Shown: positions 26,470 to 38,000 of the stretch, piece after piece | Numbering within the stretch: position 1 is the stretch's first letter | Layout: every line of letters begins with the position of its first letter | Assembly (NCBI GenBank): GCA_951804945.1 | Contig: OX638159.1 | Coordinates: forward strand, 6,200,001-6,264,000 | Direction: 5' to 3' | DNA: 64,000 bases | Source of the DNA: Podarcis cretensis | Taxonomy: Eukaryota | Notes under the pieces: generated by a model | The model's input: only the letters and a program-made list of their open reading frames with translations | Database searches by the model: none | Told to the model about the DNA's origin: nothing | Position numbers and translations under genes: made by a program

Positions 26470-26920
26470 CTGTTGATAGTCTTATCTTTTATGAATTTGT
26501 CTAGACCCCCCCTTTAAAGTCACCCTTGTTTGTCACTATTACTACATCTTGTGCAGTGAATCCTATAGTCTAACCATATGATTCCTTTTGCTTGTCCTGA
26601 ACCTTCCAGCATATAGCTTCGTTGGAGAACTTTGGGTTCTAATATTATTCGAGAGGGAGAAAAACATTTCTATCCACTTTCTCCATACCATACATCAGGT
26701 ATAGGCAAACTCGGCTCTCCAGACATTTTGGGACTACAACTCCCATCATCCCTGACCACTGGTCCTGTTGGCTAGGGATGATGGGAGTTGTAGTCTCAAA
26801 ACATCTGGAGGGTCGAGTTTGCCTGTGCCTGCCATACTTATTTTTGTATATACCATTATGATGTCCCACCAACACTAATCTTTTTTTTTTTTTAATAAAC
26901 TGGAAGACCCCAAAGATTGT
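26470..26920 (-). mobile_element. old CR1 fragment carrying a nested MITE (boundaries approximate)
   Basis: Reverse complement of CR1 3' ORF region (atggagaaagtggatagaaat.., aggacaagcaaaagga.., ctttaaaggg..tagacaaattcat). Confidence 0.6.
26696..26831. mobile_element. hAT-type palindromic MITE
   Basis: TIR caggtataggcaaact/agtttgcctgtgcctg, long arms gactacaactcccatcatccct; 8-bp TSD ccatacat/ccatactt. Confidence 0.85.
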
Positions 26921-28595
26921 AAGCTTTCTATGTAGATCATGAGTAACTGATCCATCAAGCTCCCCCCTTGCATGGTGTTCTGTGTGCCTGTATCTGTATG
27001 TGCCTTGCATCCTTTTACATGGCAACAGAATCTGCAGTTGGGTGGGTGGGTGACCAGCATGGTAGCAGTCGTCCAGGACTAAACAGTACAATCCTCCAAT
27101 ACATTCTTTCAATGCATGAGTAGACTCAAGACACCATTATGACCCAGAGCCTTGAGTGCTCTTCACTGTGTCTATCAGAGATGGGCAACCCAATGGCCCT
27201 CCAGATGTTGTCCTATCAGTTAATGATGGCATGGCCAATGGTGCAGCAGTTACATTTGTGGGGCCACAGGTTAGCCACCCCTGGTATACATGGACCCCCT
27301 GTGTAGCAGGCTTCTCCATTTATCTCAATGGGAGAGGAACCATCATTATCTATTCCTTGCTATATAGGCATGAAGCTGTCTGCAAGTGGAAGCCTTTTCA
27401 GTTTGGGAAGCAGGGGAAGTTTGGAATCAGGGCAACTGATTAACATCTCTTCTGATTACACAGACAGTGCATTGGCAGTGCCTAACTTTTCTTCAATTGA
27501 AGCAAGTGACAGATAGAAATATGCATTTGAAATGGACAAGTAAAATCTTAATGTGCAATTTCTTCAATAATACATGCAGTACATTTGCAAATACTAATTT
27601 GACATTAAGGTTACTGTCATATTAAGCAGAAATACATGGCTGATTCATTAGGAGCAAGTAATTGAATGACAGCACTAATATAGAATTTATAAATATTAAA
27701 ATAGTACATTAATTTTAAACCTAGCTTTGCAGTGAATACTTGGGCCAATAGATAAATTGGATAATTCAGAAAAATTAAGGGGAAGCTTGGAAGTTATCCA
27801 AAATATCTTGATGCAGTTAACCAAAAAATAAGAGTTATTAGCTTATCATAATTGCAGCCAATTTTTAAAGTAACAGAGTACTCCGCTGTGGATTGCTGCA
27901 AGGAAGTGGAACAAAGCGTGTGAAATGAACAGATGGATTTGATTTTAAACAAATTAAGCCCACTCCCTGGGATGTAACAAGTGATTTTGTAGTTTTCCAT
28001 GTTATGGGTTAACGTCCCACTGTGACCTTCTCAGACTGCTTGCTAATTTTTTTTCTTGTCATTAAGCACAATCCTTGAAGGAGTACAAGGGCTTACTACT
28101 TCCCGTTGCAAAGCTACCATCTTCAGCCTCCGTGTCTAGAAGGCCTGCTTCCTACAAGATCAAGCTCACATACAGCAAAATGAACATGCCTGTGATCACA
28201 GAGTTTTCTATACAAGACAGAGTTCAAAGTAGGCAATCCATCTCGTGTAAACTGGCCTTGGGAGCACATTGAAAGCTCAGACACAATCAATTCAGTAATT
28301 AAGTTGTGAAACAATCTATTATCTTCAGCCATAGTACATTCTCAGTTGTTTTTTAAATGAAATAAAGTTGATCACACCCCTTACTTAGGAAGGTTGATAA
28401 CAGCTTACATTTCTATCTCCCCAATTTCTTTGGAATTGGGATGGGCTACCTCTCCATGTTGGAATACCATAAGCATAACCCAGAGCTGCACCCACTTCAT
28501 GTGTGCATAACTGTCATTTGATAATGCACATTGATCATAGGAAGAGAGGACACATACTAAAAACAGTTGCCCTAATACAGGGATAGGGAACATTT

Positions 28596-29654
28596 GTGTG
28601 TTCAGACCCAGAAACCACCCCCTTAAATAAATTCACACTTGACTCGAATTTTGGTTTTTGGCAGAATTTAGGCCACAACTTTATTGCTTACAGAAAGTGA
28701 CTGGTTGCATAGGCTCTGGTTCGACTAGCTCCCTGCCATGCAGGTAGTGCTGGCTCAGGGTTCCAGCACAGGTCAGTCAAGGTGAACACCTGGATAAGCA
28801 GAAAGCCGGGAACAGGCTACCTCCGCCATCCAAATGTACCCCTGGACTCTGGCACGGGCACAATCCCCTCTCAGGGGTTGACCAAACCATCGAGTCCCTG
28901 GATTCCTTTAACAGAATACCCTTCACATAGGGATGGCGAGTGTTCTCCCGTCCCTATCACCTGAACCAGAGCCTATCCACAACCTTACAAGTTGTAACGA
29001 TTTGCTATGCGGCAGGCAAAACCCAAATGGCAACAGCCAATCAGCCAAGTGGGGGAAATTCCTGCCATGCCCCAGTCCCAACGACAGACGACACACAACA
29101 GCATAGCAAGGTCAAGCGCAAAGCCCTAAAAGTAGGGAGAGGTGGGCGGGTGTTCCGAATGCACACACCGAAAGAAGAAGCTGTGGGTCATGTGCATGGG
29201 TATAAATAGGTCCCTTGAACCGTTTGGACTGCATCCCATTGGCCAGATTGCACCCAGCTACGAGGGACCTACCAATCGGGTGTTGTGGCTGACCAATCGT
29301 ACCCACGCACAACACAGGGTGTCGGTTTCCAGGTCTCACTGCAATACGTGCCCTCTTTAAGGGAGGATCCGATTTGTCAGCCTAAAGGCTGCATTCACTC
29401 ATGATAACCTTTCAGGGGCCACTTAGCAATGATGGGGATGATCAGAAATATACACCTCTCCATCCAGGCTAGTGAGAGGTATGGTATCACAGTTCAGAGA
29501 TGCATTCCTGCCTGGTAAAATGGCAAGAGGATGGTGAAAAGCAGGCCCAGGCAGGGTATGGATGCTTTTAGCCCCACGACTGGAGCTTCCCCATTCCTGC
29601 CTAACAGGTGGCTGGTACTATTGGAGATTCTGGTGCCAATCAGGTACACCAACA
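28596..29654 (-). mobile_element. LTR-like element (solo LTR or DIRS/Ngaro-type terminal repeat), ~1.06 kb
   Basis: CpG-richer block; minus strand TGTT start, CCAAT boxes, TATTTATA, AATAAAGTTGTGGCC, ends ..CTGAACACAC; flanked by aacattt direct repeat. Confidence 0.55.
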
Positions 29655-29714
29655 TTTAACAAAACATGATTAAAGTAACAGGTCACTGTGCTATGTGTGC
29701 ATCTCTGTTTCATG

Positions 29715-30145
29715 GCCATTATTTTATTTATTTACAGTATTTCTACCCTAGGTTTTTATGACACCTCATCAAGGCAGCTAACAATCAATAAAAAGATACA
29801 AATAAAGCAATAAACACCCCAGCAATAAAAACCAAAAGCTACTCAAGTCAGAAACAGCCACAGATTAAAAACAGCACCTTTTAAAAGCTCACTGAAATCT
29901 AACAGCCTTCCCTGTCCTCTGAAAGGTGAGAATCCAGGCAGGCCTCTCAGAGGAGACTGCTCTAAATTCCAATCTCTTGTGTCACCTGCCAAATATCAGA
30001 CAGTGGAGAACTGTGTAAAGTGGATCATGGTGTCTGGGCAACTTTGTAGAGGTAAAGGAAATTCTTGGTATACTCTGGTCTCAAGCCACCGAGGGTTTTA
30101 TAGGTCAAGACCAGTACTGTAAATTGTACCTGGAAACAGCTAGGT
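29715..30145 (-). mobile_element. old L2-like 3' fragment
   Basis: ttattattttatttatttacagtatttctaccc tail and ggtttta-taggtcaagaccagtactgtaaattgtacctggaa body typical of squamate L2. Confidence 0.55.
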
Positions 30146-31944
30146 AACTAGTGTTTATCTACGTGATGCAAAAAAAGCATAATACTACCAGCAGTCTCTA
30201 CGCTACAAGGAAAATGGGGAAGTTTTAGTCTTAAACTGAAAATTACAGAGGAGAATCAGCCTCCTGGTGTCAACTATTAGTGGTTGCTGTGAATCTACTT
30301 CAGGAGGGTCAGACAGCATGTACACAAACCCATCTGAGAATGTGATAGACAGAAGATTTTTTTTTAAAAAAAGGATAGCCAGTTCATTGCATATTATGCT
30401 AAGCCTCATATCGGTATCTTTCTGGACCAAGCCATCAAAATAAAGTGCTGCTGAAAGATCAGAGTAAGAACATATGGAATTCTGTGACAATTTGTAATGC
30501 TACAAGAAACCCAAATTCTGCAACAGTATTATGAATTATGCAAATTGGGCACTCTATATATTCACTTAATCTGCCTAAGCACTCACCAGCAGCCATATGC
30601 TTTCCCAATTTCTGGAAAAAATAGGGTTCTGTATATATGCACATTCCTGCTTTATTTATCCTGAGAGCCAGAGACATCACACTTACAAAACACACACCGA
30701 TGACTCTTTTCTAAGCCTTTAAGCACCTTGGTTTGCTAAACTTTCTGAAAAGCGAAGAAACCATGAAGTCCAAGAACAGTAGGGTGATGGGAGAAATATG
30801 ATCCAAATGGATTAAGCCATTAGAAATACTCTTGATACGATACATGACAGGGGTTTGAATGGTTAAAAAGCATAATGTTGGAGCCTATACCCCAGAACCA
30901 AATGCTACAACCACACCTGCTCATCCAACCATGTTCATATAGCTGCACATCTGATATGTGCCGATAGGTAGAAAACAATACTAATTTTAAAGGCCATCAA
31001 ATGAGGCTATTCAGAATAGTTAACATTTTACATTCTGAAATCAGAGTTATATATATTAGGGCTACTACCATTCCATACTGCTATAAAATAGATTCGGTAG
31101 AATGAGCATATAAATTGAAAAGAAAACTAATGTCTCTTTAGGCGCTAGATGCAAGAAATGGGAAGCTGTGTCTGTAGCTAAGCCAATGTTGTGTTGATCT
31201 GGCTTCCAGGTGACACTTTTGCATCAATGTCGAGAAGCTGGCCAACGCACCAGAAAGCAAACCAGTAGGCAAATGCCCAATGAAGCTAATCTTCAAAAGC
31301 ATAAAGAATTCCTTCACTTTCTAAGACTGCAAACCTGTACCACTTTCATAAATGCAGATAACCTGCACTTGGAAAATAATGTAATTCTTCCCTAAGCCCT
31401 TGACTCTGTTTCTTTCCTTGAAAGCAATGGAATGGCCCAGAAGGGGTTGCCTTGGGCATCTTTTTGGGGTTTTTTGCTGCAAAGTAGCAAACTGCCATGG
31501 GATACGAACCACAAGCTTGTTTACCATAGCATTTCAATCCTTAAACATTCACTTACAACCATTTTGAATGAACAATTCCTCAAAATTTAAAATGAGTTTA
31601 TTTTCTGAATGTAAAAGTTATTGCTTTTCTGTTTTCTGTAGTACAAATGTGAATTCTGAATCCATTCTGTTTGAAGAAAACTGCTTTTAGTAAAATAAGC
31701 CTCAGAGCTCAGCACAGAGTGTTGTATCCAACTAAGTTTTACCCAAAGGAGATGTGCTGAAATTAATGGACTCAAATTTGTCATGCCTCTGAATTTCAAT
31801 GGATCTTCTCTTGTTAGGACCTAGTATTTGATGCACCCTAGAAAGACCTTATCAAATATTGCAAAAACTCTACTCTAGCTTGTTACAAAATTTAGACCAT
31901 AAAATGATTTTTTTAAAAAAAATGACTTAAGGGGCACTGGGGTA

Positions 31945-32496
31945 GAGAGAAAAAAAAGAGACCATTTATTGATACTAAAGCCTTTACTGTATTAAACCAA
32001 ATATATTTACAATTTATACAAATGTTTGATCTTCAACAAAAAATACAAAAACCCATATCCCAAGAGGCAAAACCAGGAAACAAGTTTATCCAAGATATCA
32101 CTGCTCTACACAAGACAAGAATGCAGGTGGAATTGCAAGTGCTGAAACATAATCCCGCATATTCAAGCAATGAGCATGATTTTTATGAGGTCATAAAGGG
32201 GGGGGGGAACCAACCCAAAGGCTTCAACGATCTTCAGCAGACTCTGCTTTTAAAATCCATCAAAACTATGCTACATTAATCCATTTTGCCTTCTTGCTTC
32301 ACATCAATCCAGGAGCTGGATACCAAAATGCTGCCTTCTGTTTAATACATGTTGAATAGCTTTGTGTGACATTGTGGAAATCAAGTTCTTCCTCTTTTTT
32401 TCTTTTTTTTTAATTAAGAAAGGTAAAATCTTTCTATGTCTACACATTAAGAATGTTTTGGCCCAGTTCAACTCGTTATGTCTCCAACACAATTTC
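31945..32496 (-). other. TLE1: TLE1 3' UTR (end approximate)
   Basis: Follows stop codon; U-rich, UGUA motifs just upstream of AATAAA and pyrimidine-rich tract after it. Confidence 0.75.
31965..31970 (-). terminator. polyadenylation signal AATAAA of TLE1
   Basis: tttatt on + strand ~530 nt past stop; upstream UGUA elements, downstream U-rich tract. Confidence 0.75.
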
Positions 32497-32604
<108 letters not shown>

Positions 32605-32746
32605 CTAGAAGAAAAAGAACAGAGTTATAGTATAAATGTACGCAGTATGAGTGTTGGTGTGTCCCTCTTGTTTATTCTTTTCTAGAACATACCAAGTTCT
32701 GGTTTAAAAAGTCACTTGTGTTAAGATACATGCACAGAACAGGATA

Positions 32747-33103
32747 CAGTGGTGCCTCGCAAGACGAAATTAATCCGTTCCGTGAGGCTCTTCGTATAGC
32801 GGTTTTTTCGTCTTGTGAAGCAAGCCCATTGACAGCTTAGCGGATTAGCGCTATTAGCGGTTTAGCGGCTTTTAGCGGATCAGCTGATAAGCGGCTTATC
32901 AGCGGATCAGCTGATAAGTGGCTTAGGGCTTAGGAAAAGGGGGGGGAAAGGGGGAAAAAACCCGCAGGAACTCGCAAGACATTTTCGTCTTGCGAAGCAA
33001 GCCCATAGGGAAATTTGTTTTGCGAAGCGCCTCCAAAACGGAAAACCCTTTCGTCTAGCGGGTTTTCCGTCTTGCGAGGCGTTCGTCTTGCGGGGCACCA
33101 CTG
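32747..33103. mobile_element. young Tc1/mariner-type MITE in TLE1 intron 19
   Basis: TA|CAGTGGTGCCTCGCAAGACGAA ... TTCGTCTTGCGGGGCACCACTG|TA (22-bp TIR, 1 mismatch); CpG-rich; internal (TTAGCG)n-like repeats. Confidence 0.9.
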
Positions 33104-33223
33104 TAACCCCTTGTCCACTTCCCTGAGCTCTTTGGTGAAAGTGCGAGACACAAATGTTAAGACTGGTAATAATATCTTTGTTCTTACACCTCACCCACCA
33201 CCACGAGGTTCAAATCCCTTTCA

Positions 33224-33409
<186 letters not shown>

Positions 33410-33939
33410 CTAAAAGCACTTTTATCATATGCCTAAAATGTTCCCCATGTTAACAGCTTTGCAGGTGGGGGCGGGCGGTAGGCTGTGAAAGATTGCACAA
33501 AGTCACTTTACAGAAAACCAGTATAGTAGCCTACTAAATTCAGCGGCCTGTCATTTTGACAAGCATTTGATGCATGGTTAACCAACACAGAGTGCCTGAA
33601 ATCAGCCCGCAGGGCATCCCCAAGCTCTCCTCATCTAGGACAGATCCACCTTTGTGGATTTATATAAATGATTTAACTAAAAAGGCATAACTAGCTCAGT
33701 AAAGCAATGGGCATCATTCAAAACTCTTGATATTCCAACATTCTATAGCCTCACAACCTAAGCAAACTATGGGCCACCAGCTGCGTATGAAAGCTGCTTT
33801 GATGATATTGCGACTTTATAGGCATGAGCTACCTCTCACTAACCTCCTGGGGGAGCTGGTAATAGGGTGTTACCTTTATTTTCCAGCTGTTAAACCAAAA
33901 TAAATGGAAGCATTCAGGTGCCTTGCCCTGAGACATTCA

Positions 33940-34272
<333 letters not shown>

Positions 34273-34700
34273 TTAAATTCAATAGGACTTATTTCTGACT
34301 GTGCCATCACAAGTCATTTTGCCTCTCTTTTAGAACAAGAAATCATTATTTGAGTCCAAATGGCAGCACTGATTGTTTATTAAATAAGAAGGGTGCATGC
34401 TAATTTTGCATTATGTGAAGCAATGGCACACATGCTCTGTCAGTGTTCCGGGGCATTTCCACCTCCTTTGCTTTCACCACCCCACCCCCGGCAAAAATGC
34501 CAAACTGCATTCTTAGCAGAGTCCAGTGTTTTAAGATACCGTTTTATTCCAAAGCTGTCGGATTACCCCAATGGATGCTTCATTAACAATAACAGCTTTG
34601 CTCCACAGTAAATGCTTTGGCTGAAAGCAGCCCGAGACTATACCAGAAGCCTATGTGAATAATAAAAGCAGATGTGGTGCTAATAATTTTGCTAGCATTA

Positions 34701-34880
<180 letters not shown>

Positions 34881-35032
34881 NNNNNNNNNNNNNNNNNNNN
34901 NNNNNNNNNNNNNNNNNNNNNNNNNNNNNNNNNNNNNNNNNNNNNNNNNNNNNNNNNNNNNNNNNNNNNNNNNNNNNNNNNNNNNNNNNNNNNNNNNNNN
35001 NNNNNNNNNNNNNNNNNNNNNNNNNNNNNNNN
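34881..35032. other. assembly gap (152 N) overlapping TLE1 exon 17
   Basis: run of N starting inside the exon. Confidence 1.
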
Positions 35033-38000
35033 GTGTGTCATCTCCTCCACATCACCTGATGTGTGGCAAGCAGCAATACTGCTCACCCACCCCAACCTGA
35101 CATAAAATACCACACTATACAAAAAACTATTTTGCAGGTGCCAAAGCACATGGAATGTGCCACTAATCGTCTAAACAGGAACTAAGTGAACATTAGCAGA
35201 GATTTTGGAAAAGGTAAGTTGACAGTTTGAAAAACTGAAATGTAATTCACGATGACGACACCTGGAAATAAAAAAAAAACTTAACAGGCTCCTAGGCTAA
35301 ACTCAAAGTACAGAGGACAAATTGCCTCAACAGAGGCAGGCAGTTATTTATAGGCTTTGTTTAAGCTGTGAATCAAGAGCATAAAAAAAAAAAAATACTT
35401 CAGCTACATAAACACATGCAGGAAGGGATCCAATAAACCTAATCTTTTTACTTGTGTTGGCTGAGCCTGCAAAATGATGCCCTTGGTAGCAAACAGGTCA
35501 TGAGCAGCCATCATTATTCAACAATGTTTTACATTTTAAATCTCGGCATTTGGAAATCCCTACTCTTGGTAACAAAGAGTCAGCTCGAGCCTTCCTTAAT
35601 CCCTAAACTGGAATGTTCTAAGGCGCCTGCCTGCCTTTTACCATCAGCAATTAGCTTCAGCTTCATGCTTTAAAAGCAAAAGAGGAAGGCGCAGAACGAC
35701 TACCATGGGACACCCTATGAATCAACATGGCATGTCTGGAGTCGTTGGTCTGAAAATTCAAGGAGTTATCAGCTCGTGCTCTCCTTTTATTTTCTCTGTT
35801 TTTTACCAACACAAGCAAGGGCAAAAAGTGAACCACAACAAATTGGCAACCAATACTTATTGCTCAGGAAGCCTGGCAAGAACTAAGCTGCTCCAGTCAC
35901 AAGGTCTGCAACAAGAGAGTAAGCAGAAGCTCTTTATTCCAGAAGCCCACATTAGGAAATTATGCTGCCTCCTTTGCTCAGGTAAATGACAGGTGAGCCA
36001 GTCTACCCCAAGCTTTCTCCATGTCTAGTAGAGACATGTGGTTACTTAGAAAGCCCTGTGTGAGCTAGGACCTAAATATGCAGAGTGCTTGAACACTGTG
36101 GTGTCTTCTGTGAAATGCCTTACTCCCTTCAGACGTGTAGTTGGGCACCCTCTCAAGAAAGGGATCGGTTCCCTTTCTTGGCAGTGCCACTTCTAGCTGA
36201 GACTTGCTGTGTGGCAACGCAAGAGAGAGCCTTTTTTATGGGGATGCCTTAGCTTTGGAGCTCTCTACCCTCTTGAGATACCACTGGCACTGTCCTTACT
36301 GAGATTCTGATGACAATTGAAGCTATTTGCCCAGACCTTTGTTGGGGTTTAGTGCCAGGATGGACCTGGCTTTCTTAAATCATAATTTTATTACAGGGAT
36401 GTGGAATGTGTGGCCTTACAGGGATTGGTGAACTATAACTCCCTTTTTTCTCAACCACAATGGCTATGCAGCATGGGGCTGATGGGCACTGGAGTCCAAC
36501 AAGCTATGGAGGGCAACAGGTTCACCATCTTTGTTGTGCTGTGTTCATGAACTTGTATTTTAAACTGCAACCCTCTCTCTAGAACTGTATTTACAATGAA
36601 GAGTAGGCAAAAGTGTTTTAAAGATATAAATGTCCCTTTATGTGCTCATGCTTTTACTGGTTGCTAGGCTGTAGGTTCAGGCTGGAAGTATCAGATCTGC
36701 TCTGCAGCTATAAGATGGACATTTTAACTGTGGTGTTTTAGCTGCTCCCATTGATTTATGAATTAATCTGATGGTTTAGGTTTAGTTTTTATGATACATA
36801 ACTTACACATGTGGTCCAATGAAAGGCAGGGTAGATTTTCAAAAGACATACATTGATACATACATAAAAATGCCCAGTTATTCTCTATCTAGAGCTCACC
36901 ATCCAACAATTACCTTGGATTATTGTCCAAGAAAGCTCCATCTATCTATCTTCTCTTGCATGAACTCAGCCAACTAACACAATATGACTGTGGTCCTATA
37001 GTGGCATTAGAGCTCAGTATGAAGGAAGTTCGTCATGATCTATGTGTGCCACTAACTTGGCACAGCACTTGCACACCTCTTCCTAGAAAGTGCAAGTACG
37101 TGTAAGACTGTTCAAACAACAGGGGATGTGAGCAGAAAGAACTACAAAGCCACTCCTGGAAGTCATTTCAGACATTGCTTTTATCTCCATGCATCTTAAA
37201 AGTCAATTTGGCAAGGCTCGTGTGTCTGACCATTCCAAAGTTAAATATATGGGAGTCTTAAACAGTGTGCTTTTCGCACCTCTTTTCTCTGTTCTCGAAA
37301 GTAACATTTATAAAGTGATTGTGTAATGCTGTGATTTATCCTTCCAGGGAACAAGCCTCACTGTCTGACAACAACGTTCACTTACTGAAAAGGTCTGGTC
37401 CACTATGCAATTAGCACAGTAAAGAAAGACTGAAAACCAGTTGCTGCACAATTATGGATTGCGGAGAGCAAAGCTAAGACAAACACAGATATCAAGAGCA
37501 AATGTGTTGCTCTTTAGACACGAGGCAGAATTCCTCTCATGGGCCACTCCACAACACCTCATGGATCACACACAAGCAGAAACTGCAATTAGGCATATAA
37601 TCACCATCCAGATAATATAAGTATTTTTTAAATAAAGAAAATGAACTAACACTGAGTATACGTCTTAGCAAGGGAGTGCTTCGTTGTAGTTTTAGAAGCA
37701 AGATATTCAGCTGATCACAGTTTCCAGCAGTCAGGATTTAGGATTTCAGTACCCTGAAAAGCTCTTTGCCCTTTTCCATTACTAGCAAAAAGCGGGGGGG
37801 GGGGGGAATAAGTGGAGGCATGGAAAGCTGCTTGATTTGTATAAAGGCGACAGAGGTGGCAAGTTTTGGATTTACTTGAATTTTGAACTACCTTGCGGTA
37901 GAATTTTGACATTTTCTTTAAGTGCCATGTTCACACAGCCCAGTTCATAATTAAGATGACTCATTCAGCCTGTAAGTGTCCAGAAATGCTAAGTAGCCAA

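Noticed and set aside
32830-32935. Short tandem repeats resembling a spacer array
   Set aside because: Internal repeats of a MITE in a eukaryotic intron; no unique spacers, not CRISPR
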